In this document: in pieces, positions 11,004 through 20,624 of the stretch | Layout: the number at the start of each line of letters is the position of its first letter | How positions within the stretch are numbered: position 1 is the first letter of the stretch | Source of the DNA: an uncultured Chloroflexia bacterium | GTDB taxonomy: Bacteria > Chloroflexota > Anaerolineae > Anaerolineales > UBA4823 | Length of the DNA: 64,000 nt | Assembly: GCA_963705155.1 (NCBI GenBank) | Contig: CAVPJC010000014.1 | Coordinates: 136,705-200,704 of the forward strand | Direction of reading: 5' to 3' | Position numbers and translations under genes: made by a program | Notes under the pieces: model-generated | The model's database searches: none | What the model saw: only the letters and a program-made list of their open reading frames with translations | What the model was told of the DNA's origin: nothing

Positions 11004-11932
11004 TGCGTGTAGCCAATATGGAGCTATCGATCATTATTGTCAGTTGGAATACCTGTGATCTTTTACAGGCGTGCCTGGAATCGGTTTACCGGAATGCCCC
11101 AGACTGTCTGTTTGAAGTTTTGGTTGTGGATAACGCATCGAAAGATGGTAGTCTTGAAATGGTGCGTGGCCGGTTTCCCCGGGTTGTTGTACTATCCAAC
11201 ACGCGTAATTTGGGTTTTGCCTCAGCAAATAACCAGGCGATTGCTATTTCGTCGGGCAGGTATATTCTGCTTTTGAATTCTGATACGGTTGTTATGCCTG
11301 GTGCTCTGGAGAAATTGATTGAATTTTTTGAGCAACATCCACGAGCAGGGGCAGCCGGAGGGCATTTACTCAATCCGGATGGAAGTTTACAGTATTCTTG
11401 TTCTCCATCACCCACTTTGAGAAGTGAGGCCAGACGATTGCTGCGCATGCCCGGGGTTCGCACAGATGGATATTATCCGATGGAAACCTGGGATCTTCAC
11501 AAGTATCATGAAGTTGATGTTTTATTAGGTGCATGTTTAATGCTTCGTAAAGAAGTCCTGAACACGGTTGGAGTATTGGATGAAACATATTTTATGTATT
11601 CGGAAGAAGTAGATCTTTGCCGGCGAGTTCAGTTGGCTGGATGGAAACTTTTCTGGGTCCCGAACGCTTTTGTTTTGCATCATGGCGGGCAGAGTACTGG
11701 TCAGATCGCTGACAAAATGTTCTTGCAGCTCTACAAGAGCAAATTGCATTTTATTCGTAAGCATTATGGATCTTTGCATGGTTTCCTTTATAAAATCCTC
11801 CTGGGGGTTGTGTCACTAAGCCGAATCTCCCTTGGAGCAGTGGTGTGGTTTGAGAGCGCAGAGCGCCGTAAGACCCATTTGAGTCTTGTTAAAAGTTACC
11901 GGAATTTGTTGTTCTCTTTGCCTAAGATTTAA
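11003..11932 (+). CDS. Glycosyltransferase family 2 (WbbL-like)
   Basis: SIIIVSWN, DNASKDGS, NLGFASANN, LLLNSD and YFMYSEEVDLC motifs. Confidence 0.92.
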   Translation: MRVANMELSIIIVSWNTCDLLQACLESVYRNAPDCLFEVLVVDNASKDGSLEMVRGRFPRVVVLSNTRNLGFASANNQAIAISSGRYILLLNSDTVVMPGALEKLIEFFEQHPRAGAAGGHLLNPDGSLQYSCSPSPTLRSEARRLLRMPGVRTDGYYPMETWDLHKYHEVDVLLGACLMLRKEVLNTVGVLDETYFMYSEEVDLCRRVQLAGWKLFWVPNAFVLHHGGQSTGQIADKMFLQLYKSKLHFIRKHYGSLHGFLYKILLGVVSLSRISLGAVVWFESAERRKTHLSLVKSYRNLLFSLPKI

Positions 11933-11990
11933 TCTCAACAGCATTGAGAAAATGATGTTTGATGGAAATGATCTAATAGGAGTAATTTCG

Positions 11991-12236
11991 ATGTCTATTG
12001 AAGAGCAAATCAAGGAATATATTGCTAAGAACCTGCTATTTTCAGATAATGGGTTTCCATACCCTGACGATGCCTCATTTCTCGAAGAGCGAATTGTTGA
12101 TTCTATGGGCGTGATGGAATTGGTGGCATTCGTTGAGGAGAAATTTAAAATTCGGGTTGATGATATGGACGTAACACCGGACAATTTTGACTCAATCAAT
12201 CGGTTGGCGGGCTTCATCCGCAGAAAATCATTGTAG
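11991..12236 (+). CDS. Acyl carrier protein 2
   Basis: AGGAG RBS then ATG 11991. IVDSMGVMELV phosphopantetheine motif and PDNFDSI tail. Confidence 0.9.
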   Translation: MSIEEQIKEYIAKNLLFSDNGFPYPDDASFLEERIVDSMGVMELVAFVEEKFKIRVDDMDVTPDNFDSINRLAGFIRRKSL

Positions 12237-12271
12237 GTTGGGGATTTATTCCCTTTATTTTTAACGATTGT

Positions 12272-13831
12272 ATGAGCAAAGATATGAAGCTTGTCCAAAA
12301 TTTTCTTGAATACAGCGCAGAACGTTTGCCAGATAAGGTCGCCCTGGTTTGTGATCAACGGCGAGTTACGTATGCCGAACTAAACTCACAAGCAAATCGT
12401 CTGGCAAACGCCATGCGTGCTTGCGGTCTGAAGCGAGGCGACCGGGTAGCATTGTATTTGAACAACACCGTCGAGCTCGTGGTTGGGATCTTTGCAGTGC
12501 TCAAGGCTGGCGGAGTATTCGTGCCAGTCAACCCCACCACAAAAAAGGACAAGCTTGCATATATTCTTAACAATTGCCGCGCCGCCGGCTTGTTATTCGA
12601 GACACGCCAAAGAGACCTGGCTCACGGTATTGTTGAGCGTGTGTCGTCACTCCGGTTTATTGTTGTATGTGGAGTCGCCAATCCGACAGAGAATTCCTTG
12701 CATTCCAACCTGTGCAAGTCTCAGGATTTTAATGAAATTCAGTCTGAATATTCATCGGAACGACCGGTTTGCTCGAATATCGATCTTGATTTAGCCTGTC
12801 TGATCTATACTTCTGGAACAACAGGTGATCCAAAAGGCGTCATGTCAGACCATTCGAATGTCATATTTGCGGTAGATTCAATCACCTCATATCTTGAGAA
12901 TATCGAAGATGATATTGTGATTGATACATTACCCTTATCCTTTGATTATGGCTTGTACCAGTTGTTGATGGTTTTTAAATTCGGTGGACGGTTAGTGTTA
13001 GAGAGAGGTTTTGCTTATCCGGCGCAGATACTAAAGCGTATTCAGGAGGAGCGGGTTACCGGATTTCCTGGTGTGCCAACGATATTTGCTGTTTTGGTAC
13101 GTATGGATTTGAGTGATTTTGATTTATCAAGTCTGCGCTACCTTTCTAACACGGCTGCAGCCCTGCCTCCAAGTCATATCCTTGAATTAAGATCGAAGTT
13201 TCCAATGGTAACTATTTTTTCCATGTATGGCTTGACCGAAACCAAACGCACACTTTATCTACCTCCAGACCAGATTGACAAAAAACCCGGGTCGGTTGGC
13301 ATAGCCATACCGGGAACCGAGGTATGGATTGAAGATGAGACTGGTCAACGTCTTAAACCTGGCGAGGTAGGAGAGCTGGTCGTGCGCGGCAGACATGTCA
13401 TGCGGGGGTACTGGGAAGCCCCTGAAGCAACTGCACAACGTTACCGCCCAGGACCAATACCCGGAGAGCGCTTATGTTACAGCGGGGATTTGTTCCGTCT
13501 GGATGATGAAGGCTATTTTTATTTTGTCAGCCGCAAAGATGATATCATCAAGACAAGGGGGGAGAAAGTTGCTCCAAAGGAAGTTGAAACAATATTATAC
13601 GGCTTGCAGGGCATCCTTGAGGCAGCCGTTGTAGGCCTGCCTGATCCAATCCTTGGTCAGGCGGTTAAAGCTTTTCTCGTTGTTGAACATGGGGTAACCA
13701 TGAGTGAAGCACAGGTTCTGGCATACTGCCGCGCGAATATGGAAGATTTCATGGTACCAAAATTTATAGAATTTCGGGATGAGCTGCCGAAAACATCATC
13801 AGGAAAGATAAAAAAGACCGATCTCACTTGA
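12272..13831 (+). CDS. AMP-dependent acyl-CoA/acyl-ACP ligase
   Basis: YTSGTTGDPKG, PLSFDYG, MYGLTE, SGD and PKTSSGKI motifs. Confidence 0.92.
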   Translation: MSKDMKLVQNFLEYSAERLPDKVALVCDQRRVTYAELNSQANRLANAMRACGLKRGDRVALYLNNTVELVVGIFAVLKAGGVFVPVNPTTKKDKLAYILNNCRAAGLLFETRQRDLAHGIVERVSSLRFIVVCGVANPTENSLHSNLCKSQDFNEIQSEYSSERPVCSNIDLDLACLIYTSGTTGDPKGVMSDHSNVIFAVDSITSYLENIEDDIVIDTLPLSFDYGLYQLLMVFKFGGRLVLERGFAYPAQILKRIQEERVTGFPGVPTIFAVLVRMDLSDFDLSSLRYLSNTAAALPPSHILELRSKFPMVTIFSMYGLTETKRTLYLPPDQIDKKPGSVGIAIPGTEVWIEDETGQRLKPGEVGELVVRGRHVMRGYWEAPEATAQRYRPGPIPGERLCYSGDLFRLDDEGYFYFVSRKDDIIKTRGEKVAPKEVETILYGLQGILEAAVVGLPDPILGQAVKAFLVVEHGVTMSEAQVLAYCRANMEDFMVPKFIEFRDELPKTSSGKIKKTDLT

Positions 13832-13859
13832 AAGTGCGATAGCATAAAAAGGTGACAAT

Positions 13860-15878
13860 ATGTGCGGTATTACCGGTACTTACAATTTAAATAAATCCCA
13901 TCCAATTGCAGAAGCAGATATCCGGCAGATGCTTGCTATGCTCAGGCATCGCGGTCCCGATCAATTTGGTATCTATCTGGATGATGAAATTGGGATGGGT
14001 AGTGCACGTCTGAGCATCATTGATTTAAGCGGGGGTCAACAACCCATCTCCAATGAAGATCAAACAGTATGGATTGTGTTTAATGGAGAAGTCTTTAATT
14101 ATGTGGAATTGCGGCCGGTGCTCGAAAAGGCCGGGCATCGGTTTACGACGAATACTGATACTGAAGTGGTCGTGCATCTTTACGAGGAATATGGCCCGGC
14201 TTGTTTAAATTACCTGAATGGGCAGTTTGCGATTGCCCTGTGGGATGTCACCCGGAAAACTCTTTTTCTTGCACGTGACCGGCTTGGCATTCGCCCCCTA
14301 TTCTATAGCGTAGTAGACGGGGCATTGCTTTTTGCTTCTGAAATTAAAGCCATTCTTGCAGATCGTCGTATCCATGCGGAGATGGATCCCATCTCATTGG
14401 ACCAGGTTTTCACCTATTGGAGTACGCTCTCACCTCGAACGGCTTTCAAGGGTGTGTTCGAAATACCTGCCGGGCATTATATAATCGCAACCAATGGGCA
14501 AACCAAGGTGGAACGTTATTGGAATGTCCTGTTTGAGCCTGAAGAAAACAGGCGAAATTTCCCTGGAACTCCAGGCGATGATCATATCGATGATGTTCTT
14601 GAAGAGTTTTGCACATTACTGGTGGATGCAACGCAAATTCGCCTGAGAGCAGATGTGCCGGTAGGGGCTTATCTGAGTGGAGGTCTTGATTCTTCGACGA
14701 CCGCTGCCATTATCCGTAATTACACCAATAACCGGTTGGATACATTCTCAATTGCGTTCAGTGATCTGGAGTATGATGAAAGCGGTTTCCAGATCCAGAT
14801 GGCAAAACTGTTGGGGACAGATCACCACGTCGTCTATGCTACACACGAAGAGATCGGGCGTGTGTTTCCGGATGTCATCTGGCATACCGAAACCCCATTG
14901 ATGAGAACCTCGCCGGCTCCGCTCTACTTGTTATCCAGGTTGGTGCGCGAGAACAACTACAAAGTAGTTATGACAGGGGAGGGGGCGGATGAATTTCTCG
15001 GGGGGTATAACATTTTCAAAGAAACTATGATTTGGCGCTTTTGGTCCAAGCAACCCGACTTACAGCTTCGCCCCCTGCTTCTGCGTAAATTGTATCCCTA
15101 TATTGCGCAACTTTCTAAGAGTGGAGATTCTATATTTACGGGCGTTTTTTGGTAAGGGATTGAGCCAGGTTGACAATCCCTATTATTCCCATATCATCCG
15201 TTGGGAGGATACAGCGCGGACGAAGCGATTTTTCTCGAACGAACAACAACAGGCGATTGAGCAGCGAAAAATTGAAAACCTTCCCGTGCCTATTCCTTCT
15301 GATTTTATGAAATGGCACCCATTACATCGGGCGCAATACCTGGAGATTACAGTTTTTCTGTCGCAATACTTATTGTCGTCACAAGGCGACCGTGTGGCAA
15401 TGGCCAATTCGGTTGAGGGGCGTTTCCCATTTCTGGATTATCGAGTCGTGGAGTTTTGTAACCGCCTCCCGCCAGGGTTAAAATTGCGCGGCCTGACAGA
15501 AAAATATCTACTCAAACGTCTTGCCCGCCGATGGCTTCCGGATGATATCTGGCGGAGACCGAAGCGCCCATACCGAGCGCCTATCCATCGAAGCTTCTTT
15601 AACCCTGTGGCAGCGGAATATGTGTATGACCTACTCTCCGACGATGCCCTGCTCGATGCCGGATTATTCAAACCAGCAGCAGTACGCCAGCTGGCAAGTA
15701 AGGTTGAAAATGGAGCGAGTTTAGCGAAACCGATGATATGGCTCTGGTTGGTATTATCTCATCACAATTGGTCTACCAGAAATTTGTCAAAAGTTATCAA
15801 GCCGAGGCGCCACTTTCAATTGACGATGATGTTAAGGTATGCGTCGGTCACGCAAAACGAACAGGAGCTGTAGCATGA
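13860..15878 (+). CDS. asnB: Asparagine synthase (glutamine-hydrolysing)-like amidotransferase; frameshifts ~15135 and ~15721
   Basis: MCGI N-terminal nucleophile, HRGPD, LSGGLDSS, TGEGADE and SVEGRFPFLD. The restored C-terminus (ETDDMALVG...) ends at TGA 15878, overlapping the next ATG. Confidence 0.88.
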
Positions 15879-16843
15879 CATTCAGTAAAGCGATTATAAA
15901 AATTGATCCAGAAGTTGAGACAATCCGGATCATTGATATGCTGAGGAAAAATGTGCGCCAGGTGCTTCGCAGGCAGGGAGCTGTTTTGGGCGTGAGTGGT
16001 GGTGTTGATTTATCGGTGGTACTGGCTCTTTGCTGCCGTGCTTTTGGTACAGAAAGAGTGATTGCCCTGATGCTTCCAGAGAAGGATTTTGACCCGGAAT
16101 CAGAACGGCTTGCTCGACTGGTTTGTACTACCTTTGGTATTGAGCCAGTTCTAGAGGTGATAACGCCTGTTCTGGACGGTTTCGGGTGTTATCCGCGCCG
16201 GGACGAAGCTGTGCGAAGGGTTTTTCCAGAGTTCCAGGCGGAGGCGGGTTATAAAATGAAAATTGGACTGCCGCAAAATTTACTGGATGAAGATACCCTG
16301 AACGTCTTTCATCTGACAATTATTGCACCAGATGGTTCGGAGAAAAGCCAACGGTTGCCCTTGAAAGAGTTTTACCAGATTGTTGCAGCCTCGAATTTTA
16401 AGCAACGTACTCGTATGTCCATGCTCTACTACCATGCAGAGCTTCACAACTATGCCGTCATCGGGACCGCCAATAAAAACGAACACGATCAGGGCTTCTT
16501 TGTGAAATATGGGGATGGCGGCGTCGACGTTCGTCCGGTTATCCATTTATTCAAGACCCAGATTTATCAATTGGCAGAATATCTGGGTATACCGGAAGAG
16601 ATCCGCATGCGGCCTCCAACCACCGATACCTACAGCGCTCCGAGCACACAGCAGGAGTTCTTTTTCAGGCTTCCATTTGAAACAATGGATGTGTTATGGT
16701 ATGCACAGGAGCATGAGATCCCCATGGCGGAAGTTGCGAGTGCGATGGGTCTTTCCGAAATCCAGGTACAGCGAGCATATAATGACTTCACACGGAAGGC
16801 ACGTACCACAGATTATTTGCGAATACCTCCCTTGGATATTTGA
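15875..16843 (+). CDS. nadE: NH3-dependent NAD+ synthetase-like N-type ATP pyrophosphatase
   Basis: SGGVD(L)S, NFKQRTRM, GTANKNE, GFFVKYGDGG and PTTD motifs. Operonic with ACP/ligase/asnB, so probably not the housekeeping copy. Confidence 0.75.
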   Translation: MTFSKAIIKIDPEVETIRIIDMLRKNVRQVLRRQGAVLGVSGGVDLSVVLALCCRAFGTERVIALMLPEKDFDPESERLARLVCTTFGIEPVLEVITPVLDGFGCYPRRDEAVRRVFPEFQAEAGYKMKIGLPQNLLDEDTLNVFHLTIIAPDGSEKSQRLPLKEFYQIVAASNFKQRTRMSMLYYHAELHNYAVIGTANKNEHDQGFFVKYGDGGVDVRPVIHLFKTQIYQLAEYLGIPEEIRMRPPTTDTYSAPSTQQEFFFRLPFETMDVLWYAQEHEIPMAEVASAMGLSEIQVQRAYNDFTRKARTTDYLRIPPLDI

Positions 16844-16957
16844 CCTGACAAATTAGCAATTAATTGAACCATCGATGAATTAAAAGCGACAATTGTGATA
16901 AGCTGTACAAGTGTGGATACCTGATTCTTTGTCGTAGATAATTCTCAGAGGTGGAAT

Positions 16958-19234
16958 ATGAATTACGTTAGACAAGCAGTTAAAAGAATTCTTCGGTTTG
17001 GTCTGATTGCGATATTCATTATCATTGCGATAGGGATGGTCAACCCATATCCGACAGCAGCTTACAGTGGAGGGTATGCCCTCAGTTTTGATGGGATTGA
17101 TGATGCCGTCAGAGTTGGGGCTCCCGATCAGGGCCAAATCATTATGGGACCTGATTGTAAAAATACAAAATCGATGACTGTATGGGTCAGACCGCTTGGA
17201 GCAACGCCAGTTGTCGGTTATTTAGGAGCTTCGAAGGTTATCGTTGGTGATGGCCCCAACTGGTTTGGCATTGTGCGCAGCAAAATCGGTACCAATGGAG
17301 ACGATCGAATCTGGGTGTACAACTTTGATACGAATGAAGATAGGATTGGCATTCCTTACACGATCGGAGAATGGGTGCACATCGCTATGGTCCATGCAGG
17401 GGGAGAACTCAAAGCGTACAAAAACGGTGTTTTGGTTAATGATATTCCAAGCGGTAAAACAAATCTGAATGGCGCCGATTATGTCGGTTGCACGACTCTG
17501 TTTTTTGGTGGACAAGGAACGGGGCCATGGCCTTACCCGGATTTCCAGGGCCATATTGATGAAGTGAGCTTCTGGGGTAAAGAACTGACTGAACCAGAAA
17601 TTCGCCAAGTTATGAACTCAGGTTTGGTGGGCGATGAGAACGGACTGGGCGCTTATTTTACAATGTCAAATGGTTCAGGCACAACTGTCACAGACGATAG
17701 CATCAATAATTATGATGGACACTTCTTCGTTAATATTCTTGTAACTGGATCGCCTTCATGGGTGGCTTCAGGTGCAATGGCTGGACCTGATAACTCAATG
17801 GATTTTGATGGTCTGGATGATTTTGTTGAAATTGCCAGTGGGCCAGGGGCGTTCGCCAATCATACAGCTCTTACAATGAGTGGTTGGGTTTACCCTCGAA
17901 CTGCTGATGCCGCGGCACCAAACTATGAGGGTTATTTTGGAGTAAGGAATAATTCAGATGCTGATTTCTATCTGATACAGGAAGGAACCAACATCCGGGG
18001 AGTATTTACGAATAGCGCTTCCGATTCCTACAGCGTCAGCACATCAGCTACCGTTAATGACTGGCAGCACCTGGCCCTGGTATATGATGGCTCAAATCTG
18101 AGTCTGTTCAAAAATGGTGTATTGGCTGACCAAATCCCAGCAACCGGGCAAATAATTAATTCGACCGGGATGATGTCTATCGGTAAGATTGTTGACGGAA
18201 CAAACCAATATTATTTGGATGGCCAGGTGGATGAAGTTCAGGTATGGAGTACAGCACTGACAGAACAGTTTATCCGTGAAGGGATGGGCGAGTCACTCGT
18301 TGGTAATGAAACCGGTCTGGAACTGTATTACCGTTTTGACCAGCATAATTCTGCTACTCAAACGATTTTGTACGATATCACAGGCAATGATCAGGACGGG
18401 GTTCTGGTGAGCATGGACCCAAATTCGGACTGGGTGGGGTCCACTGCTTTCAATACATGGCTTGGGGCAGATAGTTCAGACTGGTTGGCAGCTGGAAACT
18501 GGAGCCGTAATAATCAACCTTCGACAGATGAAACGGTGGGTATTTATGCGGGTGATTTTGTCCACCAGCCCATCCTCGGAACGGCAGTGGATGTAAATAA
18601 TCTGGTGGTAGGATCGAATGCAGTCCTGGCTGTTGATAGTCTGGGGAGCGGGAGTGTAAACGCCAGCGGTAATCTCTTCAATTATGGCGCAATTGTACAG
18701 TCGCAAATCGTCAATGCCGCTCCTGCCACCTTCATGAGCACAGGTGGTTATGGCGGAGTGATTATTGATCCTGGAACTGTCGACCTGGGTCAGGTGTCTG
18801 TGACTTTCCGAGATTATCAGGACTGCGTCTCTGGCGGTGGCACGGTTGAGCGATGTTTTAATATCACTTCGACCAATGCACCGACAAATGCAACGGTCAC
18901 ATTCTTCCATGACAGCAGCGAGTTGAATGGAAACGACTGCCTCACACTCGGGGTATACCACTATTCTGGTTCCTGGACGAGTGTGACACTCGATGGGACT
19001 TATGGAACCGGCGGACGGGATTGCACAACCTCGCCGTATTCCATCAGGGCGACTGGCATCAATACGTTCTCGCCTTTTGTACTCAAGTCAAACGGTTCTC
19101 CAACAGCCGTCACACTAGAAAAATTTGAAGCTAAAAGTGTAGGCAATATGTTGCCCTTCGCCATCGCACTGGGGGTACCTCTGACCCTACTGGCGTTTTT
19201 GATGTATGTACGCTGGCGGCGCCAGGCACGATAA
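16958..19234 (+). CDS. Secreted, membrane-anchored protein with two LamG/concanavalin-like domains
   Basis: N-terminal signal peptide. Two FDGxDD...WxHxA...LYxNG...GxxDEV repeats. C-terminal PTAVTLEKF + TM + RWRR. Confidence 0.85.
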   Translation: MNYVRQAVKRILRFGLIAIFIIIAIGMVNPYPTAAYSGGYALSFDGIDDAVRVGAPDQGQIIMGPDCKNTKSMTVWVRPLGATPVVGYLGASKVIVGDGPNWFGIVRSKIGTNGDDRIWVYNFDTNEDRIGIPYTIGEWVHIAMVHAGGELKAYKNGVLVNDIPSGKTNLNGADYVGCTTLFFGGQGTGPWPYPDFQGHIDEVSFWGKELTEPEIRQVMNSGLVGDENGLGAYFTMSNGSGTTVTDDSINNYDGHFFVNILVTGSPSWVASGAMAGPDNSMDFDGLDDFVEIASGPGAFANHTALTMSGWVYPRTADAAAPNYEGYFGVRNNSDADFYLIQEGTNIRGVFTNSASDSYSVSTSATVNDWQHLALVYDGSNLSLFKNGVLADQIPATGQIINSTGMMSIGKIVDGTNQYYLDGQVDEVQVWSTALTEQFIREGMGESLVGNETGLELYYRFDQHNSATQTILYDITGNDQDGVLVSMDPNSDWVGSTAFNTWLGADSSDWLAAGNWSRNNQPSTDETVGIYAGDFVHQPILGTAVDVNNLVVGSNAVLAVDSLGSGSVNASGNLFNYGAIVQSQIVNAAPATFMSTGGYGGVIIDPGTVDLGQVSVTFRDYQDCVSGGGTVERCFNITSTNAPTNATVTFFHDSSELNGNDCLTLGVYHYSGSWTSVTLDGTYGTGGRDCTTSPYSIRATGINTFSPFVLKSNGSPTAVTLEKFEAKSVGNMLPFAIALGVPLTLLAFLMYVRWRRQAR

Positions 19235-19291
19235 AACGTGTGGGCGACTGTAAGTCGATTTTCGGATTGTCCATTTTAGAGTTTCATCACA

Positions 19292-19333
19292 AATATCCCT
19301 GTCTCTCTACCCACAGAGGAGAGACAGGGTATT
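19292..19333 (+). terminator. Strong stem-loop after the LamG gene (terminator or mRNA-stabilising hairpin)
   Basis: CCCTGTCTCTC (19297-19307) pairs with GAGAGACAGGG (19319-19329). The T-tail is poor. Confidence 0.5.
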
Positions 19334-20624
19334 GGGTGTTCCATTGAGAATTCTATTCCTGACACAAATCGTTCCATATCCACCCGATTCCGGGCCAAAA
19401 GTAAAAACATACCATGTATTACGGTATCTTTCCGAACAGGGACATAAAATTCACTTGGCTTCTTTCGTTCGTAAGGAAGAAGAGACTAATTTGGAGTCCC
19501 TCCGCAGCCTGTGTGAAGAAGTCTATAGTGTTCCTATTCAACGTTCACGTGTTGCAGATGGCTTTTACTGGCTACGGAGTCATATTACGGGACGTCCTTT
19601 CTTGATCGAACGGGATGATCTTAGTGGTATGCGGAACCTCATCCGTGATATTTTGAATAATAAAGCTATCGATTGTATCCATGCTGACCAGCTAACGATG
19701 GCCCAATTTGGCCTGCCACCGGTGTCATTATTCGGAGGTAGATCTGTATCTGATACGCAGGGAGATCGCCTTGAATCTGACAAGCAGCCATTGCTTGTAT
19801 TTGATGCACATAATGCAGTCTGGACGATTGTAGATAGAATGCGGCAGACAGTGCCTACTTTACTTCGCCCGATTTTGAATCTTGAGGTCCGGAGAGTCAA
19901 ACGATATGAGGGAATGATAGTAACAAAATTTGACCATACATTCGCTGTGACGGACATCGACAAGAATGATTTACTCAATGCCCAGAGGTTTGCTTCGGCA
20001 GGTGTAAGCTACTCGGACGTGAATTCATCCATCTCTGTTATCCCTATTGCGGTGGATACCGGGAGCTTACAACCGGTAGATAGAATTGTTGGATCTCGGA
20101 ATATCCTGACACTGGGAACATTGCATTATCCACCCAATGCGGATGGGATTCGATGGTTCTTCTCTGAAGTATTTCCATTGATTTAACAGGCAATCCCTGA
20201 TGTGACGCTAACGATTGTTGGTAAAAATCCGCCACAAGACTTTATCCAGACAGCGGATGATAGCAAGCATGTGATTACGGTTACGGGTTATGTTCCGGAT
20301 CTGGAGCCATTGATGGAAAAAGCTGCCTTGCTCGTTGTTCCAGTGAGGGCTGGCAGCGGGATGCGTGTGCGGATTCTGGATGCTTTTGCTAGAGGCATGC
20401 CGGTGGTGACAACAAATGTGGGTCTAGAGGGGATTAATGCGCAGCCGGGTAAGGATGTGCTTGTGGAAGATACACCTGAAGGTTTTTGCGCAGCTGTGAT
20501 CTCATTATTGAAAAATCCGAATCTACAAAAGCAGCTTGGTGAGAATGGGCGAGCGCTAGCCGAAACGGTCTATGATTGGAAGGTGGCATTACGGCGCCTG
20601 GATAAAGTTTATGATGCAGGTTAA
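19332..20624 (+). CDS. Glycosyltransferase family 4; in-frame TAA at 20184 (probable miscall of CAA)
   Basis: PYPPDSGPKVK, LGTLHYPPNADG and GSGMRVRILDAFARGMPVVTT motifs. The two ORF pieces are in the same frame. Confidence 0.85.

Noticed and set aside
1-16843. NRPS/PKS secondary-metabolite cluster
   Set aside because: Only stand-alone adenylation enzymes and ACPs are present, with no ketosynthase, condensation or thioesterase domains. The context is glycan biosynthesis.
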